Made by a program: the position numbers and the translations under genes. This document shows, one piece after another, positions 8,258-17,180 of a stretch of 40,890 nucleotides of DNA. Below the pieces are notes generated by a model. That model was given only the letters and a program-made list of their open reading frames with translations, had not been told where the DNA came from and made no database searches. The stretch covers positions 1-40,890 of the forward strand of contig PNAR01000205.1 of NCBI GenBank assembly GCA_003169715.1, given 5' to 3'. The stretch is from Acidobacteriaceae bacterium (GTDB taxonomy: Bacteria > Acidobacteriota > Terriglobia > Terriglobales > Acidobacteriaceae). Positions within the stretch are counted from its first letter, which is position 1. Each line of letters starts with the position of its first letter.

Positions 8258-9766
8258 CTACCGCCCCGCAAACGTCAACGTGTCTGCAACCGTGACCGAT
8301 GGCACCGCCCTAACCTGGCGCGCTCGCTCATAAACTCGCACGTATTCTTTCGCGGAAACGTTCCAGGAAAAATCTTTACTCATGCCATTGCGCATGAGAA
8401 TCTGCCACGAGTTCTGATCTTTGAAGGCTTGCAACGCCTGCTTGATCGTCAACAGAAGTTCTTCGCCGCTATATTCGGAGAACTTGAATCCCGTTCCCTT
8501 GCGAGTTCGCGGGTCCCACTGCTCAATTGTGTCGTCGAGTCCTCCGGTTGCGCGCACGATCGGCACCGTTCCGTACTTCAGGCTGTACATCTGGTTCAGG
8601 CCGCTGGGCTCGTATCGCGACGGCATCAGAAACATGTCGCTGCCAGCCTCAATCTTGTGCGCCAGCGCATTGTCGTACGCGATCCTCACCGCGATCTTTT
8701 GCGGAAACTGTTTGCTGATGCGTGTAAACATGGCTTCATAGAGCTTGTCGCCAGTGCCTAGGACCACGACGATCATTTCTTCCCGCGCCAACCGGTCCAC
8801 AATTTGTGCAAGGAGATCAAAACCTTTCTGCGCCGCAAACCGCGACACAATCCCAATCACAGGTAGGCAAATATCCGGATCAGTGACGCCGAACGAAGTC
8901 AGCAAATCTCGCTTACACGTGATCTTTCCGCTCAGGTCTTCAGACGAATAATTGGCCGCAATAAATTTGTCCGTCTCCGGACTCCATTCTTCATAGTCCA
9001 CTCCATTCAGGATTCCCGTCACCGTCGAGGAGCGATCCCTTAGGACGCCATCCAGCCCAAAGCCGAACTCACTCGTCTGGATTTCCTGGCTATACTTCCG
9101 GCTCACCGTGGTTACAAAATCCGCATAGACGAGCGCGCCTTTCAGGAAATTGACGTTGCCAAAGTACTCTAACTTCAAAATCGTAAACAGATCCCACGGC
9201 AACGTGAGGAGTGGCAGGGTGTCTGGCGGAAACAGTCCCTGATATCCCATGTTATGAATTGTGAACACCGTCGCCGTCTCGCGAAATGCGGGATCCTCGG
9301 CATATTGAGTACGCAGCAGCACCGGAATCAGCGCCGTCTGCCAGTCATGGCAATGAAATACCTGCGGCACGCCAAGAATTTTCGACGCCTCCAGCACGGC
9401 GCGGCAGAACAGCGCGAACCGTTCGGCGTTATCGGGAAAATCGCCCGCCGGCGTTCCATAAATCGTGTCACGATCGAAGTACGGAGGATATTCAACAAAG
9501 TGAAATTGCACCCCAGCGTGATTTCCGCCGGAGACGATGGAACAAAATCGGTAGTGGTCGTCGAAGGGCACGGTGATGCTTGGAATTACGGTGTGTGCGT
9601 CGTTGAGCTTGGTGTGATCAAGCTTGGGCTGCCGGTATCGGGGAAGAAAAACGCTGATCTTGTGGCCGGCCGCCGCCAGAGCCTTCGGCAATGCGCCCAC
9701 TACATCGGCCAAACCACCCGTCTTGGAATAAGGCACGCATTCGGAAGCGGCAAATGCAATATGCAT
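8258..9766 (-). CDS. glgA: Glycogen synthase (ADP-glucose type, GT5)
   Basis: MHIAFAASECVPYSKTGGLADVVGALPKAL is the classic GlgA N-terminus, and the length is about 500 aa. The ATG at 9766 is preferred over the TTG at 9772 because AAGGA lies 7-8 nt upstream. Confidence 0.9.
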   Translation of the reverse strand: MHIAFAASECVPYSKTGGLADVVGALPKALAAAGHKISVFLPRYRQPKLDHTKLNDAHTVIPSITVPFDDHYRFCSIVSGGNHAGVQFHFVEYPPYFDRDTIYGTPAGDFPDNAERFALFCRAVLEASKILGVPQVFHCHDWQTALIPVLLRTQYAEDPAFRETATVFTIHNMGYQGLFPPDTLPLLTLPWDLFTILKLEYFGNVNFLKGALVYADFVTTVSRKYSQEIQTSEFGFGLDGVLRDRSSTVTGILNGVDYEEWSPETDKFIAANYSSEDLSGKITCKRDLLTSFGVTDPDICLPVIGIVSRFAAQKGFDLLAQIVDRLAREEMIVVVLGTGDKLYEAMFTRISKQFPQKIAVRIAYDNALAHKIEAGSDMFLMPSRYEPSGLNQMYSLKYGTVPIVRATGGLDDTIEQWDPRTRKGTGFKFSEYSGEELLLTIKQALQAFKDQNSWQILMRNGMSKDFSWNVSAKEYVRVYERARQVRAVPSVTVADTLTFAGR

Positions 9767-9897
9767 GGGCAAATCCTTTTCAATGTCGGCTCTAATCGCC
9801 AGCGCAAGCTATCATAGAAGCGCGGCGGCAAATATCGGTTGTACCTTCCGCAACCGGCAAGCCGAACGCTAGTCTAACGCAAAGAAAGAGGGTCAAC

Positions 9898-10767
9898 GTG
9901 CCGAAGGTCTCCGCGGAACGACCGACTCGCAAACCCAAGCTCGGGCAACATTTTCTGATTGATGAAGCCGCCGCCATGCGCACCGTCGAAGCGCTGGGTG
10001 ATATAACTCAAAGCACAGTCCTCGAAATTGGTCCCGGACGCGGTACTTTGACTGGCCTTCTTGCCCGTCGCGCTCGACGGCTCATCGCAATTGAAACCGA
10101 CCGTGTTCTGGCGGCGCAGTTGCGAATGAATTTTTCATTGACGCCCAACGTTGAGATCATCGAAGGCGATATTCTCGCCATTGATTTCGATACCATCTTC
10201 GGTCCGAAACCGGGAAGCACGCGGCCCGGAATCAATCAGCAACCAGAACCGGCACGCGTCGTCGGGAATCTCCCCTACTTCATAACTTCAGATATTCTGC
10301 TGCGGCTTTTTCATTTTCGAAAATATATCGAGAGCATCGTGCTCATGGTCCAGCGCGAGGTTGCCGACCGTCTGGCAGCGAAGCCCGGCAAAAGCGAATA
10401 CGGCCTGCTTTCAGCCACGGCCCAGCTCTATGCTCGAGTCGAGAAACTTTTCACGCTTCCTCCGGATTCTTTTTCACCGCCGCCGAAAGTTCATTCCACT
10501 GTGGTCCGGCTCACGATTGATCCACGACTGGAAACCCTGCGGGTTCCGGAAGCCGAATTTGTTAAGTTCTTAAAACTGATTTTCGGACAAAAGCGCAAGA
10601 CGTTGTGGAATAACTTGAAATCCGATTACGAAACAGACGCCCTGCGAACCGCGCTAACAAAAGCCAATGTGAAGCCGAACGTCCGCGCCGAAGCACTCAC
10701 ACTGGAAAAAACCGCGGCGCTTTTCCGCGCACTGTCGAATGCACCGCTGGGCGCGGCAAACCTATAG
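9898..10767 (+). CDS. rsmA: 16S rRNA (adenine1518/1519-N6)-dimethyltransferase
   Basis: KPKLGQHFLIDEAAAMRTVEAL, VLEIGPGRGTLT (SAM motif I) and VVGNLPYFITS motifs. GTG start with AAAGAGGG upstream. Confidence 0.9.
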   Translation: MPKVSAERPTRKPKLGQHFLIDEAAAMRTVEALGDITQSTVLEIGPGRGTLTGLLARRARRLIAIETDRVLAAQLRMNFSLTPNVEIIEGDILAIDFDTIFGPKPGSTRPGINQQPEPARVVGNLPYFITSDILLRLFHFRKYIESIVLMVQREVADRLAAKPGKSEYGLLSATAQLYARVEKLFTLPPDSFSPPPKVHSTVVRLTIDPRLETLRVPEAEFVKFLKLIFGQKRKTLWNNLKSDYETDALRTALTKANVKPNVRAEALTLEKTAALFRALSNAPLGAANL

Positions 10768-10966
10768 CAGGCTGAGGAAAAACTTCGAGCACAGAAGCGG
10801 CGGGTCCGGCTGAAATAGGTGCCAGAAAACTCGAGCTTGCGGTTGTTGCTTGGCTTGGGAGTTGCATTGCTTTTGCGTGACGGATCGATTGCCGCTGCCG
10901 TTGGGCAGCGATTGCCGTTTGCTTTTGGGTGGCGCAGCGGTTCAAGTGTTCTGTTCGCCAGCCTGG

Positions 10967-11085
10967 CAACGTTTCGAACGCGGCGCTCCAATGAACTCTG
11001 GCAGATGGACTTCAAGAGTCCCAAAGGATGCCAGCAGCCTGTCGGTCCACTTTCGGTGATCGACGATCAAAGCCGCTACGTAGTG
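10967..11085 (+). pseudogene. Fragment of a DDE (rve-type, IS481/IS3-like) transposase catalytic core, frameshifted and truncated
   Basis: One frame reads QRFERGAP. The next frame reads NELWQMDFKSPKG...PLSVIDDQSRYVV, the W-x-D and DDxSR pattern around the first two catalytic Asp residues of rve integrase cores. No intact N- or C-terminal parts are present. Confidence 0.45.
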
Positions 11086-11345
11086 CGCTGGAAAAAACTG
11101 GAAGCACGCGGACCGAAGCCGTGCAGGAACGGCTGGAAGCGCCTTTCTCGCCTCTGTTCCCGCGTGATGTCAAATTGTCCGATGATTTCCTCTATGGAAG
11201 CCCCAGCTTAGAGGTTTTCAAATACGGAGGACACAGGCATGCGGGTATCGCGAAATACCCATGCGCCGCCGAGTCGTCCTGGCACGCTTTCAACCGCCGG
11301 GCATTGCGGCCAATCCGAACTTGCCATGCTATTACCGCTCTCCAT
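11076..11345 (-). pseudogene. DUF433-family (antitoxin-like) gene interrupted by one in-frame TAA
   Basis: Minus-strand translation from the ATG at 11345: MESGNSMASSDWPQCPAVESVPGRLGGAWVFRDTRMPVSSVFENL, stop (TAA, 11210-11208), then in the same frame AGASIEEIIGQFDITREQRRERRF... to the TAG at 11078-11076. The combined 89 aa follow the DUF433 pattern GG-x-P/W-V-x3-TR-x-PV-x2-V-x3-L-x2-G-x-S-x-EEI. Confidence 0.6.
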
Positions 11346-11436
11346 TTTGACCTTGCGAGGGCGAATTGAAACGTCTTTTTACCCTTGGAAGATAGCGTAA
11401 GAATATGCCCTCACATGCCCAATACGCAGCATCGTG

Positions 11437-11457
11437 GACGGGTGAGGACAACCCGTC
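11437..11457. repeat. GACGGGYG-type REP hairpin, same family as the two copies inside uvrC
   Basis: GACGGGT-gaggaca-ACCCGTC. Compare GACGGGCG-agga-CGCCCGTC at 21998-22017. Confidence 0.5.
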
Positions 11458-11589
11458 GCTACGCGAATCAAACCTCTCGAGGCTCGAAGTGACAGTGTTC
11501 TTTCAAAGTCCAACCTGAGGGCCGGGGCTTTCCTCAGGTACAATGAACACTCCAAATTATTCTCGGGCAGACCGAGAGCCCCAGCCAGC

Positions 11590-13206
11590 ATGGAAGTTCC
11601 TTCCCAGTTTGCGGTCATTTTCGCATCGCGCGGCGTGGGTCCATATATTCGCCAGCATTTTCTGGACACTACTTTCAAAGGCTTGTACCATCTCAACGGA
11701 TTCGACCTTGCGCTGCTGATCCCGTACTTCGTCATATTGACGCTTTTGGCGTCGTATGGCGCTCATCGCTATTTGCTGGTCTATCTTTATTATAAGAATA
11801 AGAAAAACCGCACTACCGAGCCTGCGAATCGCTTTTCTGAATTGCCTCGCATAACCGTTCAACTTCCAATTTTCAACGAGCAATTCGTCATTGAAAGGCT
11901 GTTGGAAGCGATTTGCCAGCTTGATTATCCACTGGATAAACTCGACATCCAACTGCTCGACGATTCAACGGATGAAACTGTCGCAGTCGCACGCGGATTG
12001 GTAGCGCATTATGCGGCGCAGGGATATCCAATTTCTTATCTGCATCGGACCAATCGGGAAGGTTTCAAAGCTGGGGCGCTGGCCGAAGGAATGAAAACAG
12101 CGAAAGGCGAATTTATCGCGATCTTCGACGCTGATTTTGTCCCGCCGAAAGATTTCTTGCTGCGCACGATCGATCATATGACCAATCCCAAAGTTGGGAT
12201 GGTGCAGACGCGTTGGACCCATATCAACCGGCATTATTCGTTATTGACTGAAGTTGAGGCCATCCTGCTCGACGGACATTTCGTATTGGAACATTCGGGA
12301 CGCGCCCGCAGCAGCGTCTTTTTTAATTTCAACGGAACTGCAGGATTGTGGCGGCGCACGGCTATCGAAGAAGCCGGGGGATGGCAGCACGATACTCTTA
12401 CCGAAGACACGGACCTTTCTTACCGGGCGCAGCTTAAAGGATGGAAATTTATTTATCTTCAGGACGTGGAGTGTCCCGCGGAGCTTCCGGTAGAAATGAC
12501 TGCGTTCAAGACCCAACAGGCGCGATGGGCGAAGGGCCTGATACAAACCGCCAAGAAAGTACTGCCACGCGTGCTGAAAAGCGACCAACCCTTTCACGTG
12601 AAGTTTGAGGCCTGGTATCACTTGACGGCGAATGTTAGCTATCCGCTGATGATTATGCTGTCGGTGCTTTTGTTGCCGGCGATGATTATTCGTTTCTATC
12701 AGGGATGGTTTCAGATGCTCTACATTGACGTTCCTCTTTTCCTGGTCTCGACATTTTCGATTTCGAGTTTTTATCTGGTCTCGCAACGCGAGCTTTTTCC
12801 TAGGAAATGGCCGCGCGCGCTGCTCTATATCCCCTTTCTGATGGCTCTGGGGATTGGGCTTACCGTCACCAACGCGCGGGCGGTATTGGAGGCACTCGTA
12901 GGTAAAGAGACTGCGTTTGCGCGAACCCCTAAATACAACGTGGAATCGAGAAAGGACAAAGTGCGATCCGGCACATATCGGCGGCGACTGGGATGGGTTC
13001 CGTGGGTGGAATTATTGATAGGTACTTACTTTGCGATGACTGTGTACTACGCGGTTGAAAACGAGAATTACATCACGGTGCCGTTTCTAGTTTTGTTCGT
13101 AGTGGGATATTGGTACACCGGCTTGATGTCGCTGCTGCAAGGGCGGTTCGCGGGGCTTTCTCTCGCCGGCGAGAGAGAGACGAAGCCGTTCCCGGTTGGG
13201 GTGTGA
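11590..13206 (+). CDS. Membrane-integrated family-2 glycosyltransferase (processive beta-glycan synthase, CslA/cellulose-synthase-like)
   Basis: 538 aa. Motifs are LLDDSTDET, FDADFVPPKDFL, TEDTDLSYR and QQARWAKG (D, DxD, TED, QxxRW), with N- and C-terminal TM helices. Confidence 0.85.
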   Translation: MEVPSQFAVIFASRGVGPYIRQHFLDTTFKGLYHLNGFDLALLIPYFVILTLLASYGAHRYLLVYLYYKNKKNRTTEPANRFSELPRITVQLPIFNEQFVIERLLEAICQLDYPLDKLDIQLLDDSTDETVAVARGLVAHYAAQGYPISYLHRTNREGFKAGALAEGMKTAKGEFIAIFDADFVPPKDFLLRTIDHMTNPKVGMVQTRWTHINRHYSLLTEVEAILLDGHFVLEHSGRARSSVFFNFNGTAGLWRRTAIEEAGGWQHDTLTEDTDLSYRAQLKGWKFIYLQDVECPAELPVEMTAFKTQQARWAKGLIQTAKKVLPRVLKSDQPFHVKFEAWYHLTANVSYPLMIMLSVLLLPAMIIRFYQGWFQMLYIDVPLFLVSTFSISSFYLVSQRELFPRKWPRALLYIPFLMALGIGLTVTNARAVLEALVGKETAFARTPKYNVESRKDKVRSGTYRRRLGWVPWVELLIGTYFAMTVYYAVENENYITVPFLVLFVVGYWYTGLMSLLQGRFAGLSLAGERETKPFPVGV

Positions 13207-13231
13207 GCCGCTTTTTGTTTCTGGGATATAT

Positions 13232-14581
13232 ATGAAACAGTTCGCAGTTCTCAGTTCTCTGCTAATAATGCTTTCTATTGGAGTTGGAGCGGCGCTTGCC
13301 CTTGAGCGCCAGCCGAATTCCGACTACCGGGCGAGACGTGAAGCCCTGGCGGCCAAGGCCAAAGGTGGCTACGTACTTCTCTTTGCCCCGCCGGAAGCAG
13401 AGGGGCCAAACGATCTTTACGGGTATCGTCCCGACGACAATTTCTTCTACCTGACAGGATGGACCGAACCTGGCGCCGCTCTGCTGATCGCTGCGGCCGC
13501 GGATGCACAGAATAATTTCCCAGCGCATCCTTACACCGAAATCCTTTTTCTTCCGAGCCGCAATCCTTCTCAGGAGCAATGGACTGGACCGAAACTCGGC
13601 CCGGATAATCCTGAGGCCTCGCGCTTAACCGGATTCGACCAGGTCGATGCATTGGATAATCTGCGAAACGCTTTGCTCCGTCTGCTTGCGCAACGAGCGA
13701 CCATATATACCGACGTGCCCGCTTACGGCGAGACATCGAATTCCAACGCTCCGCTCGAATGGCTGAAGCAGGCAAATGCCTTTCCGGTGGGCATCTCATT
13801 TCAAGATGTTCGACCAATGCTTTCTTCTCTTCGCACGTTTAAAGACGCAGGCGAAATTGAACTCATCCGCAAGGCGACCAATGCGTCCATCGCCGCCCAA
13901 CTCGCAGCGATGCATGCCATGAAGCCCGGCATGAGCGAGCGCGAAATCTCAGCTTTGGTGCAATATGAATGGGGCAAGCGTGGATGCGAACGTCCGGCAT
14001 ACGCACCGATAGTGGGTGCTGGAGCGCATTCCACTGTGCTGCATTACTCTGACGATTCAGGACCCATCAATGCGGGAGATGTCGTAGTCATTGACGCAGC
14101 CGGCGAATATTCTATGTACGCTTCCGACATCACCCGCACTTTGCCGGCGTCGGGCACGTTTACCCCGCGGCAGCGGGAAATCTACAACATTGTCCTGGGG
14201 GCGCAACAGGCTGCGATCACGGCGTTTCAATCCGGCAAGTCTACGCTGTTGCGGAACACTCCAGACTCGCTTCATAAAGTCGCTTTCGACTACATTGATT
14301 CGCACGGTAAAGACCTGCACGGCAACTCGCTTGGGAAATATTTCATTCATGGACTGAGCCATTATGTAGGCCTCAACGTTCACGATCCTGGGGATTACGA
14401 AGCGAAGCTGGGTCCCGGCGCGGTTTTCACAATTGAGCCAGGAATTTATATTCCAGAAGAAAAGCTGGGGGTACGCATCGAGGACATTTTCTATGTTGAT
14501 CCCAGTGCCAAGCTCATCAATCTGACCGAATCGTTGCCGCACACCGCCGAGGATGTCGAACGCGCCATGGCAGAAAAATAA
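13232..14581 (+). CDS. pepP: Secreted Xaa-Pro aminopeptidase (M24B)
   Basis: Signal peptide MKQFAVLSSLLIMLSIGVGAALA. M24B metal-ligand blocks are VVIDAAGEYSMYASDITRT, HGLSHYVGLNVHD and FTIEPGIYIPEEKLGVRIED. The start was moved from 13196 to the ATG at 13232. Confidence 0.85.
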   Translation: MKQFAVLSSLLIMLSIGVGAALALERQPNSDYRARREALAAKAKGGYVLLFAPPEAEGPNDLYGYRPDDNFFYLTGWTEPGAALLIAAAADAQNNFPAHPYTEILFLPSRNPSQEQWTGPKLGPDNPEASRLTGFDQVDALDNLRNALLRLLAQRATIYTDVPAYGETSNSNAPLEWLKQANAFPVGISFQDVRPMLSSLRTFKDAGEIELIRKATNASIAAQLAAMHAMKPGMSEREISALVQYEWGKRGCERPAYAPIVGAGAHSTVLHYSDDSGPINAGDVVVIDAAGEYSMYASDITRTLPASGTFTPRQREIYNIVLGAQQAAITAFQSGKSTLLRNTPDSLHKVAFDYIDSHGKDLHGNSLGKYFIHGLSHYVGLNVHDPGDYEAKLGPGAVFTIEPGIYIPEEKLGVRIEDIFYVDPSAKLINLTESLPHTAEDVERAMAEK

Positions 14582-14641
14582 TTACGCGACTTCGGGTCCG
14601 TCGCACGAGCCGTCGTTTTGATATGCTAGGGCATTGTGCGG

Positions 14642-14788
14642 ATGATGTGGTGGTTTTTGATCCTGGCCTGCGGCATTGCGGCAATCGCGTGGGCTGGCGT
14701 ATCTCTCTATTTTCGCGTACGCCGCCACATGAAAGCTCCAAAAGGAACTTTGCAAATTCCTCCCGGAGGAACCGAACACGAAGATTGA
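14642..14788 (+). CDS. Possible 48-aa single-pass membrane peptide
   Basis: ORF MMWWFLILACGIAAIAWAGVSLYFRVRRHMKAPKGTLQIPPGGTEHED in the pepP-bioY spacer, below the 60-aa cutoff of the track. It has one TM helix plus a basic tail. No clear Shine-Dalgarno. Confidence 0.25.
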   Translation: MMWWFLILACGIAAIAWAGVSLYFRVRRHMKAPKGTLQIPPGGTEHED

Positions 14789-14816
14789 CTTGAAACCGTT
14801 AGTGGACGGAGAAGAC

Positions 14817-15392
14817 ATGACAAAAACAACCACGCAGACTCTCGGGAGCGGCGGTCGAACTCTCGATCTGGCGCAACAAGGCGCGATTATCATTGGAGCA
14901 AGCTTGTTCGTCGCAGTCTGTGCACGAGTCTCTTTGCCGCTTCCGTTCACCCCGGTTCCATTAACTCTACAAAATTTCGGGGTGCTGCTGGTTGGTCTCA
15001 CGTTGGGGAGCCGTCGGGGGTTTGCCGCTCTTCTTCTTTATTTAGCCGAGGGCGCGGCGGGACTCCCGGTATTTAGCATCGCCGGTCTCGGAGGCATCGC
15101 GCAGTTGCTCGGCCCGACCGGGGGGTATTTGTTTGCTTACCCGCTTGCGGCTGGGATAACGGGGCTGATTATGGAGCGTGGTGCAACAACCTTCGCTCGT
15201 GCGGCCATTGCCAGCATATTCGGAGAGATTGTGCTGTTCGCCGGCGGAATCACATGGTTAACGGTGTACACACATTCTTTCGCGCTAGCGATTCGTTACG
15301 GCCTTTACTGGTTTATTTTTGCTGAAGTCATTAAGGTCATGTGGGCTGCCGCAATCGCAACCGGATGGCAACGTTTCTTTAAACCGCAGTGA
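14817..15392 (+). CDS. bioY: Biotin transporter S-component BioY
   Basis: LPFTPVPLTLQNFGVLLVGLTLGSRRGF...LLGPTGGYLFAYPLAA is the typical BioY core. The ATG at 14817 is preceded by GGAGAAG. Confidence 0.85.
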   Translation: MTKTTTQTLGSGGRTLDLAQQGAIIIGASLFVAVCARVSLPLPFTPVPLTLQNFGVLLVGLTLGSRRGFAALLLYLAEGAAGLPVFSIAGLGGIAQLLGPTGGYLFAYPLAAGITGLIMERGATTFARAAIASIFGEIVLFAGGITWLTVYTHSFALAIRYGLYWFIFAEVIKVMWAAAIATGWQRFFKPQ

Positions 15393-15452
15393 CTTGTTCC
15401 ACGCATCTAGATTCCTATACTTCGCCCCTCCGGGGACTCTAAAGGATTTGCA

Positions 15453-16313
15453 ATGTCCAGCAGTACCGTCGCAGAAACTCGTGAAATAACCGTCGCCCAC
15501 AGTCCTGATTCCGATGATGCCTTCATGTTCTACGGGCTCGCGACCAATAAAGTCCGTGTGCCCGGACTGCGATTCACGCACACCCTCTGCGATATCGAGA
15601 CTCTGAATCAAAATGCACGGCAGGGAGAGGGGGTGTATGACGTGACCGCGATCTCGTTTCACGCCTATCCCTACATTCAGGACAACTATGCCTTGCTTCC
15701 GAGCGGGGGCAGCGTCGGGGATGGTTATGGTCCCATGATCGTCGCTAACAGGACCTACTCCCACAGCGAGATTAAGCGAAAAAGAATCGCGGTGCCAGGC
15801 ACTTTGACGACGGCTTATCTCGTTCTCAGGCTTTTTGCCCCGGGCATTGAGACTGATGTGGTTCCCTTCGATCAGATTATTCCTGAGGTTCTTGAGGGAA
15901 AGCACGAGGCGGGGCTGATCATTCACGAGGGACAATTGACATACGGCAAGGCAGGCTTACACCGCATCCTTGATCTGGGGAAATGGTGGCACACCGTAAC
16001 TGGGCTGCCTCTGCCATTGGGAGGAAACGCTATCCGCCGCAGCCTCGGACCCGAACTGATGGAAAGCGTTTCCAATGCGCTGCGCGAAAGCATCCAATAC
16101 GCTCTCGATCACCGCGAAGAGGCCTTGGCTTATGCGATGCAGTTCGCGCGCGATCTGGACACGCAACTCGCGGACAAATTCGTTGGAATGTACGTCAACG
16201 AGCGCACACTGGATTATGGTGCGGATGGCCGCGAAGCCGTGCGGCGTCTGCTGGATATGGGGTATACGGCCGGAATCATTCCCACCGCGGCGAGGGTGGA
16301 TTTTGTAGGGTAA
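15453..16313 (+). CDS. mqnD: MqnA/MqnD-family protein, closest to 1,4-dihydroxy-6-naphthoate synthase (futalosine pathway)
   Basis: [24 protein letters not shown] and [35 protein letters not shown] match my recollection of MqnD (FSPCPNDTFIFYAL...ETLN...SFHAY...YALLPSG). The Cys-to-Asp difference in the first motif leaves the subfamily uncertain. Confidence 0.6.
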   Translation: MSSSTVAETREITVAHSPDSDDAFMFYGLATNKVRVPGLRFTHTLCDIETLNQNARQGEGVYDVTAISFHAYPYIQDNYALLPSGGSVGDGYGPMIVANRTYSHSEIKRKRIAVPGTLTTAYLVLRLFAPGIETDVVPFDQIIPEVLEGKHEAGLIIHEGQLTYGKAGLHRILDLGKWWHTVTGLPLPLGGNAIRRSLGPELMESVSNALRESIQYALDHREEALAYAMQFARDLDTQLADKFVGMYVNERTLDYGADGREAVRRLLDMGYTAGIIPTAARVDFVG

Positions 16314-16367
16314 GAAGTGTCTGGCCGCCGGCTACCGCAGGAAAGCTATTGATTGCAACACCCCGGT

Positions 16368-17180
16368 TCATTGCGGAAGAAAATCGGCAAATACAAATCC
16401 ATCGCGCTCCACGACTTCTCCCGGCTCCACTGCAATGGGACGAGAAAAGACCGGCGCATCATATAGGAATGTGTGAAATTCGCCATTCTCGCCGCATGGA
16501 TCGACCCCAAACGGAAGCGCCTGAAGGAAACCCATGTCGTACTCTTTGCCGGTAAAGGTTTTTGCGAGCTTCGAGGGGTCCACACAGGTAATCTTCGCCT
16601 TAAACCCCGCCTCGATCATGTCCCGGCCGAGTTGATCCGTGGGGATTTGCCAAAGAGGAAACAGCGGCTCAAGGCCGCTTCCCTTCAGTTGCCGGATGCG
16701 GTAATCGCGAACATCCTGAAGAAACAGGTCCCCGAACGCTAGAGCGGTGACGCCCTCTGCCTTGGCGCGTTGACAAACGTCGCGCATTCGGTCTTCATAT
16801 TCCAGGTTAGAGCAAGGCCAGGGCAGGTCCACTGCCCAGAGTGGAATTCCGGTCCGTTCGGCTTGCGCTTCTACCAACGCACGCCGAACCGCATGCATCG
16901 CAACACGATCCGCTGCGGAATTAAATGTCGTGATGAGCGCTGCCACTTGGATACGTGGCTGTTGCCGCAGCAGATGCAGCGTCCAGGCGCTGTCTTTGCC
17001 GCTGCTCCACGATAAAGCAACCTTGCTCAAACTTGGCTCATGCTTGTCCGTCGTGAATCCCCGGCAGGCGCTTGGAGACCAACGTCGCATTGTAGCCCGC
17101 TCCGCAGTCATTTGTATCCGAAAACCGGCGGCAAGGTTTGAGAATGGCCGGGAATTCAGCGGCGGTTTTCCCCACCTCAT
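16368..17180 (-). CDS. PP-loop ATP pyrophosphatase, Dph6/MJ0570-like (ATP_bind_4 family)
   Basis: ALSWSSGKDSAWTL (SGGKDS-type PP-loop), then FGDLFLQDVRDYRIRQL and GENGEFHTF motifs. The start is uncertain: the long form overlaps the upstream stop (ATGA at 17177-17180), and a TTG about 45 codons downstream would give the canonical MSKVALSWSSGKDS N-terminus. Confidence 0.75.
   Translation of the reverse strand: MRWGKPPLNSRPFSNLAAGFRIQMTAERATMRRWSPSACRGFTTDKHEPSLSKVALSWSSGKDSAWTLHLLRQQPRIQVAALITTFNSAADRVAMHAVRRALVEAQAERTGIPLWAVDLPWPCSNLEYEDRMRDVCQRAKAEGVTALAFGDLFLQDVRDYRIRQLKGSGLEPLFPLWQIPTDQLGRDMIEAGFKAKITCVDPSKLAKTFTGKEYDMGFLQALPFGVDPCGENGEFHTFLYDAPVFSRPIAVEPGEVVERDGFVFADFLPQ

Noticed and set aside
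11028-11369. Plus-strand 113-aa ORF as a continuation of the transposase fragment (LSDDFLYGSPS as a possible DNG region)
   Set aside because: The opposite strand gives a much better and longer match to the DUF433 pattern over the same nucleotides. The plus-strand resemblance is short and lacks the third catalytic-residue region.
11370-11589. c-di-GMP riboswitch upstream of the GT2 synthase
   Set aside because: I could not find the conserved GEMM-I/II features (GCAAA-type tetraloop-receptor context, conserved ACGCACAGGGC-like core). The hairpins are better explained as REP copies.
14582-15001. 139-aa minus-strand ORF between pepP and bioY
   Set aside because: It overlaps the bioY N-terminus in antisense. 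No motifs, and an Arg/Pro/Ser-rich shadow-frame composition.
15285-15935. 216-aa minus-strand ORF overlapping bioY and the MqnD-like gene
   Set aside because: It is antisense to two well-supported genes and crosses their intergenic spacer. The sequence is low-complexity and Arg/Gly/Pro-biased.
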